Source of the DNA: a virus | IMG/VR virus record: IMGVR_UViG_3300037010_002901 | Location: 5,419-69,418 of that record | Reading direction: 5' to 3' (one strand) | DNA length: 64,000 nt | Shown here: positions 39,595 through 49,049 of the stretch, in pieces | Numbering within the stretch: position 1 is the first letter of the stretch | Layout: each line of letters opens with the position of its first letter | The notes under the pieces: model-generated | Told to the model about the DNA's origin: nothing | What the model saw: only the letters and a program-made list of their open reading frames with translations | The model's database searches: none | Made by a program: the position numbers and the translations under genes

Positions 39595-40461
39595 CTATTT
39601 TATCAATTTTTCCTGAGCTTCCTTAACTCGGCTCCTCAGGAATAATTTATCTTCCTCTGGTACCCTGAAAGGAATCACGTTCATATTGTTGTATTCTCCA
39701 TTTCTTAAAAGATATGGCAATTCCTCTTCGTTGGTATTCATTCCTATAAAGTACAATGAATGCAATGGCATTTCTCCATCATCGGGATAGTTGCGGGCCT
39801 CTTCTCTGATATCTTCAAGTTCGTCTACGAAAGGCATATATACAATCAATTCTGCATAATCAAGCCCGTGAATATCTGCATTGGATACAATTTGCCAATA
39901 CCATTTTTCACCAGTTTTGTCGTCGTATGCCGATCGCAATAAAGTAATTGCATCTTCATTTGTTGAGTATCTTACCCCTTTGATGTCCTCATACGAAGTC
40001 ATACAGTCAGCTATTTTACAAAATGAGGGAAGTGTCCAAGGGCATTTTATTTCTATCACAGTTGTTGCTACTTCGCCTGTATATTTTTTCCCATCTTGGG
40101 TGCCAGACCAGCTTTTAGGGAAAATTGGGTGCGCATAGGTCTCATTGGAGTTGATGTGATATCCAGTTCCTAAAAGACTATTCACGCGCCTTTCACAGAG
40201 TTTTCCCCAAACCAGTGGTCGAGCATATATATCGGTGTCTACGGATCTGCCCAATTTACGCTCCCATCTTTTTTCTCGAATATAATTTTCTGCCTTATCT
40301 CCAAAGCCGCCAGGTTTAAATTTTACTGAGCTTCCTTCGCCTGTTTTGGGCCGCGCAGCAAGCTCTTCTGAGGTCATTGGTATTTTCCCCATTACTGTGA
40401 GCGCATATATTTCTGACGAAGAGAAAAACCCCACACGCATTGGATTCGATCTGGTGGTCAT
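39595..40461 (-). CDS. YqaJ/lambda-exonuclease-like nuclease
   Basis: R.G.F.SS, WG...E, SGTQDG, IEIKCP, YWQ. Confidence 0.85.
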   Translation of the reverse strand: MTTRSNPMRVGFFSSSEIYALTVMGKIPMTSEELAARPKTGEGSSVKFKPGGFGDKAENYIREKRWERKLGRSVDTDIYARPLVWGKLCERRVNSLLGTGYHINSNETYAHPIFPKSWSGTQDGKKYTGEVATTVIEIKCPWTLPSFCKIADCMTSYEDIKGVRYSTNEDAITLLRSAYDDKTGEKWYWQIVSNADIHGLDYAELIVYMPFVDELEDIREEARNYPDDGEMPLHSLYFIGMNTNEEELPYLLRNGEYNNMNVIPFRVPEEDKLFLRSRVKEAQEKLIK

Positions 40462-40468
40462 ATATTAG

Positions 40469-41620
40469 TTATTTTATCTTGAAATTTACGCCTGTCAATC
40501 TTTTATTACCGTTCCAAATATCATAGTGCCCTTGCCAATCTGCACGTATTCTCATTGTTTGAATATCTCCAAAAAACTGATGATTACCAACTAGATCAGC
40601 ATACAAACTATCTTTTTTATTGGGATGTATTCGGCTGATTCGTCCCACCTTTTGATAAAATCTACTTAATGACATTGTGGGGCTTGCATCAAGGACCGTT
40701 TCAAGTTCAGGATAATCATATCCGGTCAATAATGTCTGACAGTTTACAATGGCTTTAATGTCGCCTTCTTTGAAAGCTCTTAATATTTTCCTTCTCAAAG
40801 TTTTATCGGTATCACCGGTTATTACTTTGGAGCCAGGGATTTTTTTTGATAGGGCTTCTGCTTCAGATACCAGCGAACAAAAAGCAAGCAAATTTTTTCT
40901 TTCCTCTAAAAGTTCATTTGCTTTTTGCGCAGCGATACGAGGAAGGTCAATAGATCGAGCCATTGCTCTTATTGAGCCATCTGTGAAATCTGTACCGCTG
41001 TCATTCATTACCAGTTTTGAACGATCAATAGCATTATTATCAGCATATTCAATCTTAGAGAGGTAGCCTGCATCGAAAAGAGTTTCATTTTGCACGTAGT
41101 ACACAAGGCTATGAAATGTTTTATACCTTGGTCTATTGAGAAATTCAAGAATAGCTCCGTCTCTATTTGGTTCCATTCTATACGGACTAGCAGTAAGCCC
41201 TAAGTTCTTTGCATTTGGGAAACAGGCAAAAAACTTTGTGTACATTCCTCCGTATTTGACCCAATGGCATTCGTCTGTAATAATGTTTTTCAACCCCCTG
41301 AAAAGATGTGGCTTATTGTAAATACTGCCTATTGTAGCAAAAGTCACCCGATCAATATACCGGTGCCCAGCGCTATCGCTGTATATACCGGCTCTGAAAC
41401 CCATGCTGGTATATTTCTCATAATTCTGCTCTAATATTTCTACACTTGGTTGAAGAACTAAAGTTACCCCGTCCGTCTCTCGGACTGTCTCAGCAATCAC
41501 TACGCTCTTACCGCCTCCCGATGGAATCACAATAAATACTGGATTCCTTGCCGGTCCGTGAAAGAACACCTTAGCAATGTTTGCTGCATCATCCTGATAT
41601 TGACGGGGTACTATAATCAT
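40469..41620 (-). CDS. superfamily 2 DNA helicase
   Basis: PSGGGKS, DECH, GLTASP, TGYDYP, QKVGR..R. Confidence 0.9.
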   Translation of the reverse strand: MIIVPRQYQDDAANIAKVFFHGPARNPVFIVIPSGGGKSVVIAETVRETDGVTLVLQPSVEILEQNYEKYTSMGFRAGIYSDSAGHRYIDRVTFATIGSIYNKPHLFRGLKNIITDECHWVKYGGMYTKFFACFPNAKNLGLTASPYRMEPNRDGAILEFLNRPRYKTFHSLVYYVQNETLFDAGYLSKIEYADNNAIDRSKLVMNDSGTDFTDGSIRAMARSIDLPRIAAQKANELLEERKNLLAFCSLVSEAEALSKKIPGSKVITGDTDKTLRRKILRAFKEGDIKAIVNCQTLLTGYDYPELETVLDASPTMSLSRFYQKVGRISRIHPNKKDSLYADLVGNHQFFGDIQTMRIRADWQGHYDIWNGNKRLTGVNFKIK

Positions 41621-41623
41621 ATT

Positions 41624-42274
41624 TTATTGACCGTCGTTTGGTTCCTCTGTTTTCGTTTCAGTTGCAGCTCCTTCTTTTGCTGCTTTCTTAACAGCCTTTC
41701 TATCTGCTTTTTCTTTTGCATTTTTAACTATCACAGCATTTTTGTCAGCATTAAACACATTCAGTTGATTTTCATCTTCCGATTCCTTTGGAGGATCTAC
41801 AGGATCGTATTTCCCGTCTTTGTACAGCTCGATTTCTTCACGAAGTGTCATGATTGCTTCACAAAGTTGTGATGCCCATTTATATGAGCTAGTTTCGTCT
41901 AAAACTATCTTTGGAGTCTCCAGAGCCATGCGACCACCCTTTCCTGAAGATATGTATTTCATACCTTTCAATACGACTTTGAGATCCTCTTCCTCCCCGG
42001 TAAGGACAAAGCTGCTAACGGTATATCCCGTAGTGACATCTTCACTTCTCATGTTATCGATGTGATCAACATTGACGTTCTTAAAAGCATCATCAATAGC
42101 GGCCAAGTGCACATTCAGTGCAGAGAATGCGTTTAGAAGGTCTTCTCTTACCAAACCAGGTGCTTTTACACGATGTATTTGCCCGATTCCATCACCTTCT
42201 ACAATCTCAAATGAGAAATTACATTTATGCCCTTTCTCACCGGCACTCATGATTTTAATTTTCTGCTCTACCAT
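41624..42274 (-). CDS. hypothetical phage protein
   Basis: Intact ORF in the recombination operon. Confidence 0.65.
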   Translation of the reverse strand: MVEQKIKIMSAGEKGHKCNFSFEIVEGDGIGQIHRVKAPGLVREDLLNAFSALNVHLAAIDDAFKNVNVDHIDNMRSEDVTTGYTVSSFVLTGEEEDLKVVLKGMKYISSGKGGRMALETPKIVLDETSSYKWASQLCEAIMTLREEIELYKDGKYDPVDPPKESEDENQLNVFNADKNAVIVKNAKEKADRKAVKKAAKEGAATETKTEEPNDGQ

Positions 42275-42298
42275 TATCTTTGTTTTAATTGTGACTTT

Positions 42299-42333
42299 TA
42301 AAAAATCGGGAGCCAGCGGTTAGCCAGCTCCCT
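42299..42333 (-). terminator. intrinsic terminator
   Basis: GGGAGCTGGC-TAACC-GCTGGCTCCC plus GATTTTTT. Confidence 0.65.
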
Positions 42334-42343
42334 TCTTCTGTAT

Positions 42344-42450
42344 GCGAGAACAAGGCGTTTGGAAGATTTCACTTGCGGTAAATCCGCTGACCCATTTCCT
42401 TCCGCTTCCGGGTCGTAATCACTACGCTTGCCACATTAAAGGGCTCTCGC
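42344..42450 (-). ncRNA. candidate structured ncRNA
   Basis: GCGAGAGC/GTTCTCGC closing stem, GACCC/GGGTC, GCGG/CCGC, possible GGAAG/CTTCC pseudoknot. Confidence 0.45.
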
Positions 42451-42465
42451 TTTCTTTGGTTGTGT

Positions 42466-42554
42466 TGCGGAGGTTGCAGATTCGAACTGCCACTCAAAAA
42501 TGTACCCGCATTGTACCTCCAACCATGTGTGCAGTGCAATTACACTTCCTCTGC
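42466..42554 (-). ncRNA. tRNA-like element with aberrant anticodon region
   Basis: GCAGAGG/CCTCCGC acceptor, GTGT/GCAC D stem, GCAG-TTCGAAT-CTGC T arm. Confidence 0.55.
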
Positions 42555-42601
42555 CAGTTTTGTCCCTGATCTTTCGATACACAATTCCATGCCCCGAAGG
42601 G

Positions 42602-43390
42602 CTATTCGTACTTGCTAAAAATTTGTGTTTTCAGCTTTTTATAATTTGTTGTTTCTTTATTATCCAAGATTCTTTTTGAGTCCCCGTAGTCGTCTGGGTC
42701 CATCCTATCCTTGATTTTTTCAAAACTCGCACACAACTCTTCATGGCTGTATGCATCTATGACAGTATATTGAGGCTCTGTTGCTAAATCTGCGTCACCA
42801 ACTTCTATTCCGGTCACTTTTTCAAATAGCCATGCCCGAGCTTTTCTGGTGGCTTTACCAATTACTGTATCTGGTTTGGCGGTATATTCATCGATCATTA
42901 TACCAAAATCTATTTCCTCTGTAGTCACAGGACCTAAATTAAAAGACCACTGTATTTTCATTACTACCGCTGCACTCCACTTTGTTTTGTCAATTCGTGG
43001 AAGTGATGGAATAATTGTCCAGCGCAGTCCAGGTACTTTATTGAGTACGTACCCAAAACCTTCTTTGGTGCCATACATGTTGCCTTTTATGATATTAAAC
43101 TGATTCCCATATGGTTGGAATCCAGTAAGAACAGCATCAATCAAGCATTCTTTTACAACTTTCTCGGGGTATTGACTATCTTTTTTATCTGTTAAGAAGC
43201 CAAGTTTACTATTTTGCAAAGCCATAATCGGTTTCATATATTCAGTTGTTAATGCTTCTCGCAATGCCTGTATAGCCTCAGCAACCTTATATGCTCTTTT
43301 AAAGCCATCTGTAACACTTGTGCTAATTACTGTCTGCACGTGCTGATCAAGAATAACAGCTATTTCGCTGTTTGCGGTAGTTTTTGACAT
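42602..43390 (-). CDS. putative single-strand annealing/recombination protein
   Basis: NQFNII.G.MY.TKEG, GKA.RKARAWL; linked to exonuclease and helicase (function inferred). Confidence 0.5.
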   Translation of the reverse strand: MSKTTANSEIAVILDQHVQTVISTSVTDGFKRAYKVAEAIQALREALTTEYMKPIMALQNSKLGFLTDKKDSQYPEKVVKECLIDAVLTGFQPYGNQFNIIKGNMYGTKEGFGYVLNKVPGLRWTIIPSLPRIDKTKWSAAVVMKIQWSFNLGPVTTEEIDFGIMIDEYTAKPDTVIGKATRKARAWLFEKVTGIEVGDADLATEPQYTVIDAYSHEELCASFEKIKDRMDPDDYGDSKRILDNKETTNYKKLKTQIFSKYE

Positions 43391-43400
43391 GGTTTTATTT

Positions 43401-43646
43401 TTATTCAATTATTGAAACTTTTTTGTCTTGAGCCCAAGAAAAAATTATCCTGAGAGTTTCTGCTGGTATATATACAGCCGGAACTTTAGCCCCTTTGTAA
43501 TATACTGCCATGATCTCAAGACCAATTTTATTCAAGTCTTCAACCGTAAGGTCTTTAATTGGTTTTGCCATTATTTCCGCATTGTATTTTGCAATACGTG
43601 CTGCGGCTCTTTTATCCATTAATTCATTTAGAACTATTGCTGCCAT
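43401..43646 (-). CDS. hypothetical protein
   Basis: Intact ORF in operon. Confidence 0.55.
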   Translation of the reverse strand: MAAIVLNELMDKRAAARIAKYNAEIMAKPIKDLTVEDLNKIGLEIMAVYYKGAKVPAVYIPAETLRIIFSWAQDKKVSIIE

Positions 43647-43683
43647 TGGTTAAAATTTTCGGTGACTATATCTTTATTTACCC

Positions 43684-43860
43684 TTATAGAATCAACTCTG
43701 AAATATCTATTCCTTTTTTTCTTTCTTCATCGGTAATGCAACAATCACTGAGGTTGCCTGTGATACCTGTGAGGTCGCCTGTGAGGTCTGTGAGGTTGCC
43801 TCTGATGCCTGTGAGGTCGCCATAATAAATGTTCTCAATTCTCGTTAATGCTTTTTTCAT
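43684..43860 (-). CDS. 58-aa protein with 7-aa repeats (absent from ORF track)
   Basis: MKKALTRIENIYY-GDLTGIR-GNLTDLT-GDLTGIT-GNLSDCCITDEERKKGIDISELIL. Confidence 0.7.
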   Translation of the reverse strand: MKKALTRIENIYYGDLTGIRGNLTDLTGDLTGITGNLSDCCITDEERKKGIDISELIL

Positions 43861-43872
43861 TTTTATTTTTTT

Positions 43873-43893
43873 GTTGACAAGTATATAGTTGCC
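43873..43893 (+). mobile_element. solitary IS1595-type terminal inverted repeat remnant
   Basis: GTTGACAAGTATATAGTTGCC; last 15 bp identical to the reverse complement of the IS left end at 48945. Confidence 0.55.
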
Positions 43894-43898
43894 TTATA

Positions 43899-44351
43899 TT
43901 ATAATTGAGAAATTCTTTTTAATACCTCGGCAGAAGTGTGCCCATCAAATTCAGGAGCTTGATCTAATTCTTTAAATTGGCATTGATCCCAATATTTTTC
44001 CGGAAGGTGATAAGTAATTTGCTTTCCTTTATCTTCAAAAATTCCAAGTAAAAACCACCCTTCCCACGTAGATCCGTCTGAATGTTTTTTACTTTTCCAA
44101 ACAGCTGGCTCAAGACTTTTGCAAAATGCCATATACAATACTATTCTATGCTCATACAGTTCATTAAAAGTATGATACCCGTCGCTAATAATGCCAGGGT
44201 TAGAAGGACATAAAATCTCTTCCATAACTTCTCCATTTGAAATACTAGCCTTTTTCTGAGCTATACCCAATCTGCTTTTTTTTTCAATAAATACATCGTA
44301 TGCTTTTTCAGAAAGGTTAGTAATCGAAAAAGAATATTTTTTTTCATTCAT
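43899..44351 (-). CDS. conserved phage protein
   Basis: SDGYHTFNELYEHR, WKSKKHSDG, QITYHLP, FDGHT motifs. Confidence 0.75.
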   Translation of the reverse strand: MNEKKYSFSITNLSEKAYDVFIEKKSRLGIAQKKASISNGEVMEEILCPSNPGIISDGYHTFNELYEHRIVLYMAFCKSLEPAVWKSKKHSDGSTWEGWFLLGIFEDKGKQITYHLPEKYWDQCQFKELDQAPEFDGHTSAEVLKRISQL

Positions 44352-44464
44352 CTTGTCGCGTTATGAATGCAAATGTAACATCACTTTTCAATTTTCCAAA
44401 ATTATAATTGAAATAATTTATTTTCATAAAAGTTTATTTTTTTTGGTTTTCTGAAATGCCTTTG

Positions 44465-44643
44465 TAGATTTGCAATCGTAAAGGTCATGTGGAACTGATC
44501 TGAGCAACAATAAATCAAGAATGCAAAAGAACAATATCAAATTTATTTTATAGTCCTGCGGGGAGCCGACAACTTTGCTGTGAGCGATCTTGATGCCACT
44601 GCATAAGGTTTCCACCGGCTCCTCTCAGGGCAATCTTTTTACT
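44465..44643 (+). promoter_or_regulatory. promoter plus structured leader of the replication operon
   Basis: TAGATTTG 44465-44472; GTGGAA/TTCCAC interleaved with CCTGCGGGGAGCCG/CGGCTCCTCTCAGG. Confidence 0.6.
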
Positions 44644-45552
44644 ATGGGCAGAAATTCATTAAACAACTGTTCTTATTTTCCTTTGGATACTAACATGGGT
44701 GATCATAGGAAGGTAAAAATTATACGTAATAAGTTTGGCCAAGTGCTTGGATTTGCTTTTTGGGCTATGATGCTTTCTCACCTTACTGGCGAGGATGGGA
44801 ATGAAATGGAGTATTCTGAAATGGAGTTTGAAATGTTTGCTGCTAAACTGGGGTGTACAAACACGGAGGTTAAAGAAATGATTGATTTTTGCATAAAAAT
44901 AGAATTGCTGTTTTACAAAGATGAATTTATATGGTCCGAAAGTTTGAATGAAAAACTTGCTCCGGTATATCAAAAAAGAAATAGAGCCAGAGATATTTCA
45001 GCTACAAAAAAGAGGAGAAACAACGGCACATTCGTTATAACTGTGACAGAAAAGCCAAGTGACCCGGTGTTATTGATAACAGATTCACCACAGAGTAGAA
45101 TAGATAAGAGTAAAGTAGATAATAAATTAGCTAAAGCTAATGATACGGCACAGAGAAATGAATTTGATAAAATGCTTGAAAGAGATTTGAATACCATAGG
45201 GAAATTCATAACTGATCATAAACCTAAATTCTCTGCGCCATATATGGAAATGTGGAATTTGTTTGCCTATAAAAACGGACTTCCAAAGATATTAGATTGC
45301 GCAGGCTCGCGCCGGGGAAAGTTGGCCAGCCGGCTCAGGGAGGATAAATTTGATTTTGTATTGATTTTGAAACGGGTACGTACTCAGAAACTCGCTCTTG
45401 AAGGCAGTTGGTTTACGTTTGACTGGTTGATCAAGAACGACGACAATTACAAAAAAATCCTTGAGGGCAATTACGTCCGAAAAGACGACCCGAAAGTAAA
45501 TGCCAAGCATACCGATAGTTCTCAATTTGAATACCCTGACAACGCAGCATGA
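44644..45552 (+). CDS. replication initiator (DUF4373/Lin1244-like N-terminus)
   Basis: YFPLD....D.KV..I..KFG..G; C-terminal FDWLIK.DNY.KILEGNY; upstream of dnaB; ATG 44644 preferred. Confidence 0.8.
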   Translation: MGRNSLNNCSYFPLDTNMGDHRKVKIIRNKFGQVLGFAFWAMMLSHLTGEDGNEMEYSEMEFEMFAAKLGCTNTEVKEMIDFCIKIELLFYKDEFIWSESLNEKLAPVYQKRNRARDISATKKRRNNGTFVITVTEKPSDPVLLITDSPQSRIDKSKVDNKLAKANDTAQRNEFDKMLERDLNTIGKFITDHKPKFSAPYMEMWNLFAYKNGLPKILDCAGSRRGKLASRLREDKFDFVLILKRVRTQKLALEGSWFTFDWLIKNDDNYKKILEGNYVRKDDPKVNAKHTDSSQFEYPDNAA

Positions 45553-47093
45553 ATAGCAAGAATAAGAACATGGAAAGATTGGCTACCGAGCATACGCCGG
45601 TACGTAGAACTAACAATGACCTTCAACCATTTGGTTGGGGCAAAATACCTCCCCAAGTCAGAGACTTCGAAGAGGCAGTCCTTGGTGCGCTTATGATGGA
45701 AGACCAAGCTATAAATTATGTTGGTGGTTTTTTAAAGGCTGAACATTTTTATGTTGAGGCTCACCAATGGATTTATACAGCAATTTCAAATTTGTTTATT
45801 GAAAATGCTCCAATAGACATTTTGACTGTTTCTGAGCAATTAAAAAAACTTGAAAAGCTAGAACAGGTTGGGGGAAGAATATACGTTTCGCAATTAACCA
45901 ATAAAGTTGGGAGTGCTGCAAGTATCGAATATCATGCGAGAATAATTATTCAGAAATGGGTAATGAGAATGCTGATCACTGAGTCTACTTCTATTACCCA
46001 AGAGGCATATGAAGACAGTGCAGATCCACTGGAACTACTTCGGGAGTCAGCAGAAAGATATTTATCAATTCAGCAAAGCATTGTTGGAGCAAGGGTTAAA
46101 ACTATGAAAAGCATGGTTGAGTCCCTTTCTGAAAGTTTAGTGCTAAAACGTAGTTTACCGGAAGATCAAAGAAATGTAGTAGGACAGAAAAGCGGCCTTG
46201 ATCGACTTGATTATGTGACACTTGGCTGGCAAGACGATGACTTGATAATAATTGCGGGAAATACCTCAGAAGGTAAAACAACACTTATGATGCAAGGAGC
46301 GCTGGAGTCTGCTTCGGAAGGTATTCCAGTTGGTATTTTCTCACTTGAAATGCCAGCGGAAAGACTTGTGCAGAAACTTGTTTCTACTATGTCCGGTATT
46401 TCAGTGACAAAGATACAGACAGGAAACCTCAATGATTCTGAAAATATGGTTGTAAATGCTACTTTGGACAAGCTTCATTCATACCCAATAGAGATTTGTG
46501 ATACTGCCGGCTTAGATATACTTGAGATAAAAGCCATATCTAAACTTTGGAAACTTAAACACAATATCAGACAAATCAATGTTGATTACCTGCAGCTCAT
46601 AACGGTAAGCGTAGACAATAAGAGAATTCAAACAAGAGAGCAGGAAATTTCCTTTATCTCAAGACAATTGAAAGAACTGGCAAAGGAAATTCACGTACCG
46701 GTTATTGCGCTTTCTCAATTGTCCCGAGCAAATGAAAAGCGGTCAGAAAAGGACAGAAGGCCTGTTAAATCTGACCTTCGTGACGGAGGATCAATAGAGC
46801 AAGATGCAGATATCATTGTCTTTGTATTCAGACCGGAACAGCACGGCATAAAAGAATACCCAGGAGGACGATCAACTTCTGGAGTTACCGAATTAATTGT
46901 TGCCAAAAACCGCATGGGAGACCTCAAAACCATATTTGCAAAATTCCTGAAGGATATCGGAAAATTTGATGCCAGCTTTCACAATGAAATTAAAAATGAT
47001 GCTGCACCAGATCAGTCAGATATTCCATCTCCTAAACCTCGTGCACAGACCTCAAGTATTCCAGAAAAAAAAGACGACGATTTACCTTTCTAA
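45549..47093 (+). CDS. dnaB: replicative DNA helicase
   Basis: EEAVLGALM, AGNTSEGKT, FSLEM, VDYLQL, LSQLSR, DLRDGGSIEQDAD, AKNRMG. Confidence 0.95.
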   Translation: MNSKNKNMERLATEHTPVRRTNNDLQPFGWGKIPPQVRDFEEAVLGALMMEDQAINYVGGFLKAEHFYVEAHQWIYTAISNLFIENAPIDILTVSEQLKKLEKLEQVGGRIYVSQLTNKVGSAASIEYHARIIIQKWVMRMLITESTSITQEAYEDSADPLELLRESAERYLSIQQSIVGARVKTMKSMVESLSESLVLKRSLPEDQRNVVGQKSGLDRLDYVTLGWQDDDLIIIAGNTSEGKTTLMMQGALESASEGIPVGIFSLEMPAERLVQKLVSTMSGISVTKIQTGNLNDSENMVVNATLDKLHSYPIEICDTAGLDILEIKAISKLWKLKHNIRQINVDYLQLITVSVDNKRIQTREQEISFISRQLKELAKEIHVPVIALSQLSRANEKRSEKDRRPVKSDLRDGGSIEQDADIIVFVFRPEQHGIKEYPGGRSTSGVTELIVAKNRMGDLKTIFAKFLKDIGKFDASFHNEIKNDAAPDQSDIPSPKPRAQTSSIPEKKDDDLPF

Positions 47094-47108
47094 AATAAAT
47101 ATCATACA

Positions 47109-47663
47109 ATGAAATCATACCCATCAGAGTGGCCATTAGGCTACAAGCGCACACCAAATCCAACATTTTCAAGATTCAAAACTACATTTGCAATGGCTCG
47201 CAATTTCGTTTTTGCTGAACTGCGCAGACTCGGCGCCAGCAATGATATTGTGATCTCATGCAGCATGAAACTATACGGCGAGCAACCAAAAGCTCGTATG
47301 AAAGAAAAGGGTGTGGCTGTATATTTTAAGCTCAATGACAAGCCCGTAGTGTTGTGCTGTGATAACTGGGATCAAATCCAAGATAATCTTTATGCAATAG
47401 GATTGACTATTGAAGCTATGAGAGCTATGGAGCGCTGGGGAGTATCTAATATTCTTTCCAGAATGTTCTCAGGATTTGAAGTATTGCCGGAGACTACAGA
47501 AGAAAATCCATATGAGGTACTTGGTGTTTCACCGAATGCCTCAGAGTTTGAGATTAAAAATGCTTGGAAAAATAAAATACTTGAGCATCATCCAGATAAA
47601 GGCGGCGATGTAGAGGAGTATCATAGAGTAAATAAAGCTTACGATAAACTTAAAAAAGATTGA
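47109..47663 (+). CDS. J-domain protein
   Basis: C-terminal NPYEVLGV...HHPDKGGD..Y.RVNKAY; N-terminus of the common phage WP.G.KRT..GVAVYF family. Confidence 0.85.
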   Translation: MKSYPSEWPLGYKRTPNPTFSRFKTTFAMARNFVFAELRRLGASNDIVISCSMKLYGEQPKARMKEKGVAVYFKLNDKPVVLCCDNWDQIQDNLYAIGLTIEAMRAMERWGVSNILSRMFSGFEVLPETTEENPYEVLGVSPNASEFEIKNAWKNKILEHHPDKGGDVEEYHRVNKAYDKLKKD

Positions 47664-47665
47664 TT

Positions 47666-48358
47666 ATGGAATACGTAGTTTATTACCGAGTCTCTACTAA
47701 GGGACAGGAAGAATCTGAACTGGGCCTCAAGGCACAGCGTACAGACGTTGAGCGCTTCATTGCTCGCACAAACGGATCTGTTCTTTCGGAATATAAAGAG
47801 ACCGAGAGCGGAAAAAACAATAACCGCCCAGAACTACTGCGTGCAATCGGTGAAGCAAAAAGAACTGGTGCAAGATTATTGATCAGCAAACTTGATCGAT
47901 TAAGCCGAAATGCATCATTTACATTGATGCTGATGGATACCGGAGTAAAATTTACAGCGGTAGATATGCCAGATGCCAATGAGCTGACAATAGGCATACT
48001 GGCTGTCATTGCAGAACAAGAGAGAAAAACCATTTCTGCCAGGACAAAGGCAGGGCTTGCCGAAAAAGCCAAGGACCTAGCTAAAGAAGGGAAATTTTTG
48101 GGCAATCCTGATATAGCATCGTTTGCGCAGCGGGGAGCCATTGCTCGTCATGCAATAAAGAGAAGTGGGCAGACTCCAAATAAAGCAGTCCTTGGGCTTA
48201 TTACCGAAATGAAAGGTGCAGGTAAAACCAATATCGAAATAGCAGCATTACTGAATGAGCAAAATCATAGAACCACTTATGATAGGCCTTTTACCGCAGA
48301 TAATGTTCGCATGATCTACAACGCACACATTTCTTCAATCAAATCAATAGCAGCTTAA
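47666..48358 (+). CDS. serine recombinase (resolvase family)
   Basis: YYRVSTKGQ, E.ESG, KLDRLSRN, ER..IS.RTK.GL. Confidence 0.9.
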   Translation: MEYVVYYRVSTKGQEESELGLKAQRTDVERFIARTNGSVLSEYKETESGKNNNRPELLRAIGEAKRTGARLLISKLDRLSRNASFTLMLMDTGVKFTAVDMPDANELTIGILAVIAEQERKTISARTKAGLAEKAKDLAKEGKFLGNPDIASFAQRGAIARHAIKRSGQTPNKAVLGLITEMKGAGKTNIEIAALLNEQNHRTTYDRPFTADNVRMIYNAHISSIKSIAA

Positions 48359-48360
48359 TT

Positions 48361-48540
48361 ATGGGACAAACTACGGAAGGAAGAATAAAGCAATTCTGTC
48401 AAAAAATCGGTATAACAGTTGATAAATACACCTATGTCTGGATAGCACATATGCGTAAAGCATGGCAGCAGTACCCGCTCATCATGCTGCATAGCAAAGT
48501 CCTCAAGAGAAGAGACGAAATTTTAGAACTCAATAAATAA
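48361..48540 (+). CDS. 59-aa hypothetical protein
   Basis: Manual translation MGQTTEGRIKQFCQKIGITVDKY...; fills the gap between neighbours. Confidence 0.5.
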   Translation: MGQTTEGRIKQFCQKIGITVDKYTYVWIAHMRKAWQQYPLIMLHSKVLKRRDEILELNK

Positions 48541-48546
48541 TACAAA

Positions 48547-48843
48547 ATGGAAGTAAATTTTGATAATGTACGTATTCAGGCACTAAATGACTATGAGACA
48601 ATTATAAGGAGACTCAATAATTCTATTGCAGGAGAAGAGCACTTTATAAGACTAAATAATGGTCGTCTTCTCAATGCCAGTGGATTTATTATGATAGATC
48701 CTGATGATATAAGAGAAGTACTTAATAGTCTTCGAATGGAAATAATAACAATATGCCTTTGTGAGACTTCAGAAGGTAGCCCGGTAGAAATAAAATCTGT
48801 TTTGCCTGAAAGGGAAATTATTTCACTAATAGATTCTGACTAA
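48547..48843 (+). CDS. hypothetical protein
   Basis: Intact ORF in operon. Confidence 0.6.
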   Translation: MEVNFDNVRIQALNDYETIIRRLNNSIAGEEHFIRLNNGRLLNASGFIMIDPDDIREVLNSLRMEIITICLCETSEGSPVEIKSVLPEREIISLIDSD

Positions 48844-48995
48844 TGAAACTACATGTACTAAAAACACATCAAGAACCATTCATGGCTATAGTCGATGGCA
48901 AAAAGAAGTTTGAGTATCGGAAAAACGATCGTGATTTTAAAATCGGCAACTATATACTTATTCAACCCATAAATGTTAATAATAACGCCAGTTGA
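48843..48995 (+). pseudogene. DUF3850/ASCH-like gene truncated by IS
   Basis: MKLHVLKTHQEPFMAIVDGKKKFEYRKNDRDFKIG then IS left end at 48945. Confidence 0.75.
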
Positions 48996-49049
48996 AATAA
49001 ATGCGATAATTCATTTGGATTATTTATTTAGAATGCTTATCTTTGAGTT

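Noticed and set aside
7345-43825. Many short plus-strand ORFs
   Set aside because: Antisense shadows of the long minus-strand genes.
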